DNA from: Spirochaetota bacterium
GTDB taxonomy: Bacteria > Spirochaetota > UBA12135 > COTS27 > CBDBHE01
DNA: 64,000 nucleotides
Reading direction: 5' to 3'
Assembly: GCA_965205605.1 (NCBI GenBank)
Contig: CBDBHE010000002.1
Span: 32,001 to 96,000, forward strand
Shown: one piece after another, positions 38,809-49,062 of the stretch
Layout of the letters: each line of letters starts with the position of its first letter
How positions within the stretch are numbered: the first letter of the stretch is position 1
Position numbers and translations under genes: made by a program
The notes under the pieces: generated by a model
Databases searched by the model: none
Told to the model about the DNA's origin: nothing
What the model saw: the letters and a program-made list of their open reading frames with translations, nothing else

Positions 38809-39271
38809 ATGCTTCGTTTTTTACGTACTTTTTTACTAAAAGCAAAATCCTTTTATATTAATTTATGAGCATTAAATACTTCTCCGGATTCTATTGCCTT
38901 TGGCTTTGCGGTAGGGACTTTTTTTTGTATTTTACCAACAGCAGGTTCTTAGCATTTTCGCTACTTTTGTAAATATTTACTTTGCTAAGAAGGTCAATAA
39001 AATAGCAGTTGTTGGATCTTTTCTAATTTGGAACCCTGTTTTCTTAGCTCCTATTTATGCTTTTAGCTATTACTTAGGGAGTTTAATTAATACGAGTAGT
39101 AAGGGAGAATATGAGGTCACGATTTGGAAAAAAATTTTTCATTTCTCTATTAATTTTATATTAGGTAGTTTTTTTATTGCGATTTTTATAGCTATTTTGA
39201 GCTATTTTATTACTAAGTACTTTGTTTCGTATTATCAAAGTAAAAAGAATATAAAAAATATTGGAGAATAA
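38809..39271 (+). pseudogene. DUF2062-family membrane protein pseudogene (missing from the ORF track)
   Basis: Manual translation gives NL*ALNTSPDSIAFGFAVGTFFCILPTAG / LSIF...KVNKIAVVGSFLIWNPVFLAPIYAFSYYLG...LGSFFIA; TGA at 38866-38868 and a 1-nt frameshift near 38947. Confidence 0.8.
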
Positions 39272-39272
39272 T

Positions 39273-39798
39273 ATGAGGAAAAAAAGAACTAAATTTATCA
39301 TTGATAAAAATTTTCAATATGATTTTCTTTATAAAAGTATTTTATAGTTTGTTTTTTGTTTTGGCATTATTTTTTTAATTATTACTTTCTGGAATTATTA
39401 TGAGATAAAACAAGGCTTTCTTATTCGTTCACCTGAAAATGAAACTGTAGCCAAATGGGCTAAAGAAAATAACATTCAACCTAATAGCGTAGAGTATATG
39501 AGTCAATTTTTAATTCAAGCAGCACCCTATACAATTTATGACACTACTTGCAAACCACTTTTGTTGGCTTTTTTAATACAAGTAATTTTTCTTTTTATTA
39601 CAAATATTTATGTGACTCATAAAATAGTAGGGCCTATTTATCATTTAAAGCAATATTTAAAAAAAAATTAAAGGTAATGAAAACGAAATTTTTAACTTTA
39701 GAAAAAACGATACATTTTAAGAACTGGTAGTTTTAATTAATAAGTTTTTGAAAAAACTCAAAAAAAATTTTCAAAAAAAGATGATTGAATTATATTAG
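39273..39798 (+). pseudogene. Two-TM protein with HAMP-like tail, pseudogene (missing from the ORF track)
   Basis: GGAG RBS; MRKKRTKFIIDKNFQ...THKIVGPIYHL...FRKND.F*EL...IN; TAG at 39345, frameshift in A9 at 39659-39667, TAA at 39718. Confidence 0.75.
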
Positions 39799-40240
39799 TT
39801 TAAAGAAAAGCCATAAAGCATAAAGTTTACCAAGCTTTATTATTTCTCCATTGGCTTCAAACAATTAAATCTTTCTAAAAGCATATTTAAGGTTTTTTTT
39901 CTTTTCTGCAAAAAAACCCAAACCAAGTATATTTTTGAACATAAAAAAGAAACTTTATTTTTTAAGCATCTCTTTTATTGCCATATTAGATAGGTTGTTT
40001 TTTTTACCAAGTTCATTAAAAAACAATAAATATCCCCACTCTTGGTATTTCTTTTTTTGTTTTAAATTTTTTAAGATCTTTGGGTTATCTGTTGTTGTTT
40101 TTCTTTTTAAAAAATTAAGTTTCTTTTCCCAATTTTTGATTTCATTGACACTAATGCAAAGCCTTTTTTTTCAGAAACTCTCATAAGAACGCTACTCATT
40201 ATCATTAAAAAAAGAATCAACCCTTTATACTTTATAATCA

Positions 40241-41467
40241 TTGTATATTTTAATGACATTAGACTTAGCATTGACAATGTTTAATTTATTTTTTCAAGAA
40301 ATTAGAACAATTTTTTTAAGATATTTTGTTGATTATCCTGATTTAGAAAAAGAAATAATTTTTTTTAAAAAAAAAATGGAATTTGTTGAAAATCAAAATG
40401 AAACTTTAAAAAAATTATTATCGGTCATCAATCAAATTGAAAAAGCTTTGCCAAAAGAATATCTTATTTATTTTGTTCTCCAGCTTTTTGCTTCTCCCTA
40501 TCTTTCTTTTTTAAGTCATCATAAAAAAAAGAGCAAGCCTTTCACTACTTTAAAAGAAGAATATTTTTTTTGGATTTGTTTTTTTGTTTGGAATCATAAA
40601 AATCTTAAAAAATCTCAAGATCTAATTGTTGAAGACCTTCATTTTTTAAGTCAAATCCTTTTAGGAGGGAAAAAACTTATTTCTTCAAGTTTTTCTAAAG
40701 ATTCAACTTGTTTTAAAGAAAAAACTTCTTTTACTTTTAATACATTGCCTAACATTCTTAAGTTTAACCCTCATGCTTCACTATCCAATTTAGGAATTGA
40801 TTATCGTTCTAATTTGATTTCTTTTCTAAATCGAAATAAAAATACTTGGGATTGTAGTTCAAAATTTAATGTCAATTGGTATAAAAGTAGATTTTTTGTC
40901 TTGGGTAATATTTATGCCCTTGATCAAAACCAAACTCCGCTTGCTTCTATTTATCTTCTTCTTTCCCCTAACCAAGGTGCTTATTCTAAAGAAATTTTTT
41001 ATTACCAAAAACAAGTCGTTAATTTTGTGTTTATTGATAAAATTCAAATAAATTGCAAAGGATTAGATGCTAATTTTTTCACTTCTTTTTTTGCTAGTCC
41101 TCCATTTGATTCGTTTGATTTTGTTTTAATCAACCCTTTTAAAGCGATTTCAAACTATAAAAAGACGAATATTGCTTTTAATCGTTATTTATTGGGTTTG
41201 TTAAAAACGAACCCAATACAAGTTTATTTTGATTTAAAAGAAATTAAAAAGAATTCATATTTTTATTATTTAAATTATTTTAATGCTTATGATAGTTTAA
41301 ATAAAAAAAATATTTACCTCTCTGTTACAAATCGCCTTGATATTAAAGAAGGTTGTTTTATCAATCACCAAGTTAAAGGCTTTTTTAATTTTTTAAGGCT
41401 CCCTTTAAAACATCATTTGAAAGAAATGCTAGCAACAAAAAAATCTTTCTTAAAGCAAATTTTTTAA
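40241..41467 (+). CDS. Hypothetical protein
   Basis: 408-aa ORF, too long for chance at this AT content; no motif recognised; start uncertain (ATG 40277 is plausible). Confidence 0.55.
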   Translation: MYILMTLDLALTMFNLFFQEIRTIFLRYFVDYPDLEKEIIFFKKKMEFVENQNETLKKLLSVINQIEKALPKEYLIYFVLQLFASPYLSFLSHHKKKSKPFTTLKEEYFFWICFFVWNHKNLKKSQDLIVEDLHFLSQILLGGKKLISSSFSKDSTCFKEKTSFTFNTLPNILKFNPHASLSNLGIDYRSNLISFLNRNKNTWDCSSKFNVNWYKSRFFVLGNIYALDQNQTPLASIYLLLSPNQGAYSKEIFYYQKQVVNFVFIDKIQINCKGLDANFFTSFFASPPFDSFDFVLINPFKAISNYKKTNIAFNRYLLGLLKTNPIQVYFDLKEIKKNSYFYYLNYFNAYDSLNKKNIYLSVTNRLDIKEGCFINHQVKGFFNFLRLPLKHHLKEMLATKKSFLKQIF

Positions 41468-41540
41468 AATAAATAAGTTGTTTTAGGTTGTCAATATTAT
41501 TAAACTATCACTATTTTTATTTGTTTTTTGATCAACAATT

Positions 41541-42452
41541 ATGAAAAAACCACTTCTTATTTTCGCTCATAAAAAAGAAGCTGCTGCTTTTTTAAAAGCT
41601 TTTAACTACCAAAAACATATTTTAAAGAACTCTTTTTTTGTCTATGAAACAAATAATCATTATCTTTTTATTGGGGGCAGTGGACTTTATACGGTCTTGG
41701 CAAGCTTTTCTTATCTTTTAGGTAAATTAGAAGGTTGTTTTTGTAAAGCCATTAATTTAGGGATAGTAGGTGCTCTTAGAGCAGGAAAAGAAGTAAATAC
41801 TATTTATGAAATAAGGACAGCATATGTTTTTCCTCTTCATAAATTTTTTTTTCAAAGTTTTTCTCTTATAAGAAAAAATAGGTATCCATATGCAGACTGT
41901 ATTTCTTCACTTCAATCAATTTTAGATGAAAAGTCTTCAGAGCAATATAGCTGTTTTGCTCATTTAGTTGATCAAGAGCTTTGGGGTATTGCGTATGTTT
42001 GTTCTAAACAATCTTTAAAGCTACATTCTTTAAAAATTGTTTCTGATATTCCTAAAGATAATCCTTCTTCTCAAAAAGTGATTGAAAATGCTTCTTTTTT
42101 GAGTGAGAAACTTTTAGTAGCTTATCAAGATACTTTTCCACAGAGTTCTTCTATTAAAAGTCAAAGATTCATAAAACCAAAACCTTTAAAAGAAAATTTA
42201 GATTTTTTAAATAATTTTCATATTACCTTTTCTCAAAATAATCAAATTAAAACCCTGCTTCAAAAATGGTCTAGTAAGTATGCAACCTCTCAACAATCAA
42301 TTTTAGAAAATAAAACTTTTTTGTCTCTGCTAAAAAAATGTCAAAACAAAAAAAATAAAACAAAAACATTGATTCAGTTTTTAATAGAAGATCTTGACCC
42401 TTTTACAGTTGATAAAATACAGCATTTTTTGAAAAGAGAAAAAAATGATTGA
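41541..42452 (+). CDS. Nucleoside phosphorylase/MTA-SAH nucleosidase-fold protein with C-terminal extension
   Basis: A...EA, G.G, INLGIVGAL, VDQE, LKIVSD motifs of the PNP_UDP_1 fold; overlaps the next gene by 8 nt. Confidence 0.65.
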   Translation: MKKPLLIFAHKKEAAAFLKAFNYQKHILKNSFFVYETNNHYLFIGGSGLYTVLASFSYLLGKLEGCFCKAINLGIVGALRAGKEVNTIYEIRTAYVFPLHKFFFQSFSLIRKNRYPYADCISSLQSILDEKSSEQYSCFAHLVDQELWGIAYVCSKQSLKLHSLKIVSDIPKDNPSSQKVIENASFLSEKLLVAYQDTFPQSSSIKSQRFIKPKPLKENLDFLNNFHITFSQNNQIKTLLQKWSSKYATSQQSILENKTFLSLLKKCQNKKNKTKTLIQFLIEDLDPFTVDKIQHFLKREKND

Positions 42453-43452
42453 AATGATTTTTCTTGAACAAGCCGTTGAAAAAAATCCTTTTGCTATTAA
42501 AATTTTAAATTATTTTTCAAAAATTCCTGTCAAAAAAATAGATAAACTAGAAAACATTTTTGAAGCTGTTAAACGTCCTTATTTGAACAAAAGAGAAGGG
42601 TTGCAACTTTTTATAGGAGAAAAAAAAGGTCAGTTAATTAAAGAAACTCCAGAAGCATATGGGCATTTAGAAGGCAAACATTTTTACTTTATTCATGCTT
42701 ATAACTGCATTTATGAGTGTGAATATTGTTATTTACAAGGTTATTTTAATTCTCCAGATCTTGTGTTATTTGTTAATCATAACGACATTATAGGGGAAAT
42801 GGAAAAGCTTGTTGAGCTTAACCCTAAAGACAAGTTTGTTTTTCATGCAGGTGAGTTTAGTGATTCTTTGGCACTTTCTCATATCACTAAAGAATGGGAA
42901 TTGTATTGGGATTTTTTTTCTAAATATCAAGATAGAGCTTTTCTTGAGCTTAGAACCAAAAGTAACAACATTAAAGCCATTGAAAATTTACCTTCGTTTT
43001 CAAATGTAACCATTGGCTTTTCGATTTCTTCTCAAAAAAGCATTTCTTTGTTTGATCGAAAAACACCCTCTTTGAAGGCTCGATTGCAAGCAATTGAGAT
43101 TTTAAATTCAAAAGGATTTAAAATTGGCTTTCATTTTGATCCAATTATTTTAAGTCCAGATTTTTTAACAGAATACCAGCAGTTAATACAGGCGATTTTA
43201 GAAATTGTTAAAGCAAAAAAAATAGCTTATTTTTCTTTAGGAGTCGTCCGTTTTACAAAAAAAGTTTATCGAGAGGTTATTAACAATTACCCCAAGAGTG
43301 AGTTTATGAAGCAAAATATGGTAAAAAATGATGGGATGATTCGTTACCCATATGATGTTAGAATGTTTACTTTAAATCAAATAAAAAAGAAACTTTTGCA
43401 AAAAGGAATCAGCGAAAAACAAATTTATTTTTGTATGGAAAAAAGTCATTAA
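42445..43452 (+). CDS. Spore photoproduct lyase-family radical SAM protein
   Basis: NCIYECEYCYLQG (CxxxCxxC), GEFSDSLA, LELRTKS, TPSL.ARL.A, GFHFDPII. Confidence 0.85.
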   Translation: MIEMIFLEQAVEKNPFAIKILNYFSKIPVKKIDKLENIFEAVKRPYLNKREGLQLFIGEKKGQLIKETPEAYGHLEGKHFYFIHAYNCIYECEYCYLQGYFNSPDLVLFVNHNDIIGEMEKLVELNPKDKFVFHAGEFSDSLALSHITKEWELYWDFFSKYQDRAFLELRTKSNNIKAIENLPSFSNVTIGFSISSQKSISLFDRKTPSLKARLQAIEILNSKGFKIGFHFDPIILSPDFLTEYQQLIQAILEIVKAKKIAYFSLGVVRFTKKVYREVINNYPKSEFMKQNMVKNDGMIRYPYDVRMFTLNQIKKKLLQKGISEKQIYFCMEKSH

Positions 43453-44735
43453 TCCATTTGCCCTGTTGCTTCTAAAACATTAAACCATAAAGTCCCTTTA
43501 GGATTCATTCGTTTGATGATATCTGTTAGAGCTCGCATTGGAATGTGTGTCATAACCCCATGCCAATAACCGATCAGCATAGAAGTTTTTCCTGCCATTC
43601 CAGCATGAACAGCATTTTGAGCGAGCCTGAAACAAAAATTCCTATCACTCGTGTTAGCGGCTGCCGATCGAATAATGTAACTAGGATCAATATACTTTAA
43701 AGCTAAAAGAGTTTTAGTTTTTTTAAAATGTTCTCCTATTTTTTTTTTAAGATACAGCCCAATATCACCTAGTTTTTTATTTCCAGAATCATCTTTGCCT
43801 CTAGACTTTATATTCAAATGCCTTTGACCTGCTCCTTCAGCAACCACAATCAGTGCATTTCCTTTTTTCTTAAGAAGGTTTTTTAAATGAAGATACAGGC
43901 CTTCAGATCCTTCTAAATTAAAAAGCACTTCTGGTACAAGGCAAATATCCACATCCCCTGTAGAAACAGTTGTATTTGCTGCAATAAAACCAGTGTGCCT
44001 TCCCATCAGTCTCACAAGGCCAACTCCATTTTTGTGACCTTTGGCTTCTTCGTAAGCTGAAGAAACAACATTTTCTGCTTTTTCAACAGCGGTATCAAAT
44101 CCAAATGATCTCCTTACATAAGGAATATCATTATCAATTGTTTTAGGAATTCCAATAATAGAAATATTTAATTTCCTTCTTTCAATTTCTTTTGAAATTT
44201 TCAAGGCTCCTCTCATCGTTCCGTCTCCTCCAATAGTGAAGAGAATACTGATTTTATGTTTTTTTAAACTATCGACGATTTCTTCAATAGAAGGCGTTCC
44301 TCTTGAAGTCCCTAAAATGGTACCTCCTTGCCTATGAATTCCTTCAATACTTTTACGATTGATTACAATAATTTCTCCATTTTTACCTAACCCTTGGTAT
44401 CCATATCTCACACCTAAAACATTTTTAACTTGATATCGTTCCCAAAGTTGGTGACAAATCCCTCGAATGACAGCATTGAGTCCAGGACACAAGCCCCCAC
44501 AAGTTACAATGGCTGCTTTTATTTTTTTAGGATTAAAGTAAATCTTTTTTCGAGGACCGGCTTGTTCAAAACTACTTGGGATTTCACTTTCTTTAAAATA
44601 TTTCTGATTAAATTTAAGAGATATTGTCTCTAAAATTCGATCATTTTCATTAATATAGTTGATATCCGAATGCATCTTAATCGGATTTATAATTTTCGCC
44701 TCTCCAAGTTTTTTGACAAAAAAATCATGATTCAT
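43449..44735 (-). CDS. pfkA: ATP-dependent 6-phosphofructokinase (group X, spirochaete/plant-like)
   Basis: AGPRKKIYF, TCGGLCPGLN, GGTILGTSRG, GGDG, PKTIDND, LMGR, KYIDPSY. Confidence 0.93.
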   Translation of the reverse strand: MNHDFFVKKLGEAKIINPIKMHSDINYINENDRILETISLKFNQKYFKESEIPSSFEQAGPRKKIYFNPKKIKAAIVTCGGLCPGLNAVIRGICHQLWERYQVKNVLGVRYGYQGLGKNGEIIVINRKSIEGIHRQGGTILGTSRGTPSIEEIVDSLKKHKISILFTIGGDGTMRGALKISKEIERRKLNISIIGIPKTIDNDIPYVRRSFGFDTAVEKAENVVSSAYEEAKGHKNGVGLVRLMGRHTGFIAANTTVSTGDVDICLVPEVLFNLEGSEGLYLHLKNLLKKKGNALIVVAEGAGQRHLNIKSRGKDDSGNKKLGDIGLYLKKKIGEHFKKTKTLLALKYIDPSYIIRSAAANTSDRNFCFRLAQNAVHAGMAGKTSMLIGYWHGVMTHIPMRALTDIIKRMNPKGTLWFNVLEATGQMD

Positions 44736-44747
44736 CTTAATTAATTC

Positions 44748-45572
44748 TTAAGGCTTCCTTTTAAATTTTGAAAAATTAGGCTTCCTTTTTTCTAGAAAAG
44801 CATTTTTTCCTTCTTGTCCTTCTTCAGTCATATAGTAAAGCATGGTGGCATTGCCGGCTAGTTCTTGAAGACCATATTGTCCATCACAGTCAGCGTTAAG
44901 CGCTGACTTTAAACATCGAATCGCTATAGGAGAGCGCTCTAAAATTTCCTTGCACCATTTAATTGTTTCTTCTTCTAGCTTTTCATAAGTAACTACAGTA
45001 TTGATCATTCCCATTTCCAAAGCTTCCCTAGCACTGTATTGTCTACATAAAAACCAAATTTCTCTTGCTTTTTTTTGACCCACCATCCTTGCTAAATAAC
45101 TAGCTCCAAATCCTCCATCAAAAGAACCTACCTTAGGACCCGTTTGTCCAAAAATAGCATTTTCAGATGCAATGGTCAAATCACAAACCACTTGTAAAAC
45201 ATGTCCCCCTCCAATGGAGTACCCGTTTACCATAGCAATCACAGGCTTTGGACAACTTCTAATTTGTTTTTGAAACTCTAAAATATTTAAATGCATTACG
45301 CCTTTACTATCTTTATATCCTGCCTCACCTCTTATCTTTTGGTCCCCTCCAGAGCAAAAAGCTTTTTTTCCACTTCCTGTTAAAATAACCACTCCTATCC
45401 TTTCATCAAGTCGTGCTTCTCTTAAGGCTTCTATCATTTCTTCTACAGTTAAAGGACGAAAGGCATTCCTAACTTCTTCTCGATTAATCGTTATTTTGGC
45501 AATCCCTTCTGAGCATTTTTCATATTTTATATCGGTATAAATTTTTGCAGACTTCCAATTTACAGCACTCAT
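44748..45572 (-). CDS. menB: 1,4-dihydroxy-2-naphthoyl-CoA synthase
   Basis: [47 protein letters not shown]. Confidence 0.97.
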   Translation of the reverse strand: MSAVNWKSAKIYTDIKYEKCSEGIAKITINREEVRNAFRPLTVEEMIEALREARLDERIGVVILTGSGKKAFCSGGDQKIRGEAGYKDSKGVMHLNILEFQKQIRSCPKPVIAMVNGYSIGGGHVLQVVCDLTIASENAIFGQTGPKVGSFDGGFGASYLARMVGQKKAREIWFLCRQYSAREALEMGMINTVVTYEKLEEETIKWCKEILERSPIAIRCLKSALNADCDGQYGLQELAGNATMLYYMTEEGQEGKNAFLEKRKPNFSKFKRKP

Positions 45573-45687
45573 TTCAATTTCCTTTCTAGAGTTTCTTCTC
45601 CTCTAATTAGCTTATGATTATCTATTGAATTATCATTATTTTCAATCTCTTTTGTTTTACAAATAAAAAACAAAATTACTCTAAACA

Positions 45688-47379
45688 CTAAAGTTCTTTA
45701 TTAATTTCTCTTTTGATTTGAGCACTTTTTTTGGCATTAATTTCTATTTCAACAACACATAATTTTTTTTGTTTTAAAATTAATATTAATACTTCATCAA
45801 GTTTTTCTAAAGATTTAATATGAAAATAAGAAATTTGTAAAAAATTTTCTACAAAATTAAATTGATAATTATGTTTACAAAAAAGCCAGTCTTCTTTTTC
45901 TTTAAAAAATTCAAAAATAGGTAAGTTTCTAAAAATATAACCTCCTTGATTGTTGATAATAAATAAAGCACTTTTAGGGAGTGTGTTTTTAAAAAGAGTG
46001 ATCGAATTTAAATCATGTAAAAAAGATAAATCTCCCAAAACAGCCCAAATAGGCTTTTTTAAACCATCACTCACGCCACTTGCTGTTGCAAGTAATCCAT
46101 CGATCCCACTTGCTCCTCGATTGGCATAAACCTTCGTTTTTAATAAATTACTTTTAGTAAAATAATCCATATCTCGAATAGGAGAACTATTACCTACAAA
46201 AAGAGAAATTTCAGATGGGCAGTTTTTTATCAGTGAGTTTGCAAGACTTATTTCATTAAGTGTTGTTTCTGTTTTTTTTTTGATCATTGCTTCAATTTTT
46301 TTTTCTTCTTTTTTGATACCAGTAATTAAGTCTTCATTTTTTTTTTCAGAGCTCATTGATGAGATAAAATTTTTTAAAAACAAATCTTCACAAAGATTAA
46401 TTTTATCTGTTACTAGACTTGCGGGGTCTTGTTGGATTTGTGTGAAATCATTGATTTGTAAGTAGGTTTTGGGTTGATTTTCTTTTAAAAAAACCAGTAG
46501 TTGTTTAGAAACAAAACTTCCTCCCAAGTGAATAATAGTATCTATTTTTATTTTTTTATTTTTTAATAATAATTCGTGATAATTTAGACAAAGATTTTTT
46601 TCAACAAGATGTCTTGAAAAACTTGCTATATCTGAAATAATTGGCCAATTTAATTTTTGACAAAAGGTTTTTAATATTTTTTCATTTTGGTAAGGAAATT
46701 CTTTTTTCCCTAAAATCAAAACTCCTTTTTTAGTTTTTTGAATTTTGTTTTTTACAAAATTTTCAATTTCATTTGTTTGACAATTAGTTTGATAATAAAC
46801 AGTTTTTGGGGATTTATTTGATTTAATCAAATCAGTTGTTGTATTTTTTTTTGAGTCAAAAAGAGGTTCTCTTAAAGGGACATTAAGGTGAATGGGACCT
46901 TTTTTTAAGCATTCTTGATGAAGCCAGCTTAATTTAGATCGCAGTTGTTTTTTTGAAACTTCTTCACTAGGAATGGGTAATTGGATAAAATGATGGACAT
47001 AATTTCCAAAAATTTTTATTTGATCGATCGTTTGATTAGCCCCACTTTTAACCAACTCCAAAGGTCTGTCAGCTGTCATTATAAAAAGAGGTAACTTAGA
47101 TTGAAAAGCTTCAATAACAGTAGGAAAAAAATTAGCAACAGCAGTCCCAGAAGTGCTAATAATGCAACTGACTTTTTGACTCCCTTTAAGATACCCTAAG
47201 GCATAAAAACCAAGTCCTCTTTCATCAAAATGAATGTTTGCTTTTGCTAAAGAATCTTCTAAAATAGCATGAATAATCGGACTGTTTCTTGAGCCAGGAG
47301 CAAAAAAAAAATCGGTTGTACCACATGTTACAAGTTCGTCTACAATTGTTTGACACCAATTATAATTGTTTGTTAGCAC
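45688..47379 (-). CDS. menD: SEPHCHC synthase
   Basis: PGSRNSP, DERGLGF.ALG, TSGTAVAN, TADRP, GANQTIDQ, NRGASGIDG, GDLSFLHD. Confidence 0.95.
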   Translation of the reverse strand: MLTNNYNWCQTIVDELVTCGTTDFFFAPGSRNSPIIHAILEDSLAKANIHFDERGLGFYALGYLKGSQKVSCIISTSGTAVANFFPTVIEAFQSKLPLFIMTADRPLELVKSGANQTIDQIKIFGNYVHHFIQLPIPSEEVSKKQLRSKLSWLHQECLKKGPIHLNVPLREPLFDSKKNTTTDLIKSNKSPKTVYYQTNCQTNEIENFVKNKIQKTKKGVLILGKKEFPYQNEKILKTFCQKLNWPIISDIASFSRHLVEKNLCLNYHELLLKNKKIKIDTIIHLGGSFVSKQLLVFLKENQPKTYLQINDFTQIQQDPASLVTDKINLCEDLFLKNFISSMSSEKKNEDLITGIKKEEKKIEAMIKKKTETTLNEISLANSLIKNCPSEISLFVGNSSPIRDMDYFTKSNLLKTKVYANRGASGIDGLLATASGVSDGLKKPIWAVLGDLSFLHDLNSITLFKNTLPKSALFIINNQGGYIFRNLPIFEFFKEKEDWLFCKHNYQFNFVENFLQISYFHIKSLEKLDEVLILILKQKKLCVVEIEINAKKSAQIKREINKEL

Positions 47380-48095
47380 TTGTTATTTTTTTCTCCTAGA
47401 TAAATACTAGCAATCCCAAAGGTTAGGGGTATTTGTCGACACTTGGTAAACCCTGCTTTTTCCATAAGGTTAACAAACTTCCACCCATAACTAAAACTCT
47501 CTACACTTTCATTTAAGTATAAATACGCTTCTGAATTTCCTGAAAAAAAAGCTCCTATTTTAGGTAATATTTTTCTAAAATAAAAAAGGTAAAAAAAACG
47601 TACTGTTTTTTTAAAAGGGATTGAAAATTCTAAAACAATTGTCCTACCTTCAAATTTCAAAACTCGATACTGTTCCTTGAGTGCTTTTAGAGGCTCGGGG
47701 GTATTTCTAATGCCAAAAGCAATAGTTGTTAAATCATACGTGTTGTTTTTAAAAGGTAAGTTAACAGCATCGGCTACTTTTGTTGATGCAATATGATTTA
47801 ATTTTGCTCTTTTTATTTTTTTTTCTCCCTCAAAAAGCATATTTTCAGCAAGATCAACGCCAAGTGCTTTCTTGATTTTTTTTGAATTTTTAATTAAAGC
47901 AATCATCAAATCACAAGTCCCTGTTGCGATATCTAAGTAAATCAAATCCTTTTTTTTAGATAAATATTGTTTGACCTGCTGTCTCCAAAAAATATCTTGC
48001 CCAAAAGATAAAAAGTGATTTAAAAAATCATATCTTTTTGAAATTAAATTAAAAAGTTTCCAAGATTCTTTTTTTTTAATGATATTTTTTTTCAT
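47373..48095 (-). CDS. menG: Demethylmenaquinone methyltransferase (UbiE/MenG)
   Basis: F..I..RYD.LN..LSFG.D..WR, LDIATGT, AFGIRN, LEFS, AY.YL.ES; adjacent to menD. Confidence 0.9.
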   Translation of the reverse strand: MKKNIIKKKESWKLFNLISKRYDFLNHFLSFGQDIFWRQQVKQYLSKKKDLIYLDIATGTCDLMIALIKNSKKIKKALGVDLAENMLFEGEKKIKRAKLNHIASTKVADAVNLPFKNNTYDLTTIAFGIRNTPEPLKALKEQYRVLKFEGRTIVLEFSIPFKKTVRFFYLFYFRKILPKIGAFFSGNSEAYLYLNESVESFSYGWKFVNLMEKAGFTKCRQIPLTFGIASIYLGEKNNKC

Positions 48096-48210
48096 AAGAG
48101 ATAGGTTTTTATTTTATCATTATGATTCTAAAATCTTTTTTGAATTTTTCTTGATAATAAAAATCATGATAATCTTTTAAAATAAAAATTTTTAGGAGTT
48201 AGTAGTATTA

Positions 48211-49062
48211 ATGGCAATTTTAATTGGAATGTTTCCAGGTCAAGGTTCTCAAAAAAAAGGCATGGGAGAAGACCTTTTCGATCTTTTTTCAAAAGAAGTT
48301 AAAGCAATTGATGACTTCTTAGGTTACTCTATTAAAGAGCTTTGTACTCAAGACCCAAACAATGTTTTAAATCAAACTTGTTATACTCAAGTAGCTCTTT
48401 ATGTTATTAGTGCTTTAGAGTTTTTAAAAAAACAAAAAAAAAATCATAGAAATTTTGATTATTTTATTGGTCATAGCTTAGGAGAATACAATGCTCTTTT
48501 TGCTTCTGGAGCTTTTGATTTAATGACCGGTCTTGCTTTGGTCCAAAAAAGAGGGGAGTTAATGTTTAAAATCAAAGAAGGGGGTATGGCAGCTGTTATT
48601 GGTTTGGAAGAAAAAACGATTCAGTCTGTTTTACAAGAATATTCTAGCAAAGGAACTATTGAGATCGCTAACCACAATTCTCTCAACCAAATTGTTATTT
48701 CAGGGGACAAAACTTTAATTGAGGAATTAGCCCTTGTTTTTACTGAAAAAGGAGCAAAGCGTTATATTCCTTTAAACGTCAGCGGGGCATTTCATTCAAG
48801 CTATATGAAACAATCTGCAAAAGAATACGCTATTTTTTTAGATACGATTTCAATTGATTTCCCTAAAGTCCCTGTAATTGCTAATGTGGATGCTAAGCCT
48901 TATGAAAATAATTTAGCGGCTATTAAAAAAAAACTTGTGGAGCAAATAAATCACCCTGTCTTATGGGTACAAACTATTTTAGATTTAAAAAACAAAGGGG
49001 AATGCTTTTTTGAAGAAATCGGTCATGGTAAAGTTTTAACCGGGCTTGTTAGAAGAATCTAA
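48211..49062 (+). CDS. Malonyl-CoA:ACP acyltransferase, PksC/trans-AT-like
   Basis: FPGQGSQ, GHSLGEY, RG.LM, LNVSGAFHS; LGYSIKELC..DP...LNQT.YTQ.ALYV and YNALFA.GAFD closely match B. subtilis PksC as recalled. Confidence 0.88.
   Translation: MAILIGMFPGQGSQKKGMGEDLFDLFSKEVKAIDDFLGYSIKELCTQDPNNVLNQTCYTQVALYVISALEFLKKQKKNHRNFDYFIGHSLGEYNALFASGAFDLMTGLALVQKRGELMFKIKEGGMAAVIGLEEKTIQSVLQEYSSKGTIEIANHNSLNQIVISGDKTLIEELALVFTEKGAKRYIPLNVSGAFHSSYMKQSAKEYAIFLDTISIDFPKVPVIANVDAKPYENNLAAIKKKLVEQINHPVLWVQTILDLKNKGECFFEEIGHGKVLTGLVRRI

Noticed and set aside
38866-38868. In-frame TGA in the DUF2062 gene suggesting TGA-to-Trp recoding in an AT-rich genome
   Set aside because: Conserved Trp codons in intact genes are TGG. 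Several genes end properly at TGA (pth, gldA-like, gldF-like, GNAT), the tRNA-Trp anticodon is CCA, and neighbouring lesions include TAG, TAA and frameshifts.
39935-40186. 83-aa plus-strand ORF
   Set aside because: F/L/K-rich low-complexity sequence, better explained as the antisense shadow of a decayed minus-strand gene.
41541-42452. Futalosine hydrolase MqnB, given the nearby menaquinone genes
   Set aside because: The neighbours (menB, menD) belong to the classical pathway, which does not use futalosine, and the gene is coupled to the SPL-like gene instead.
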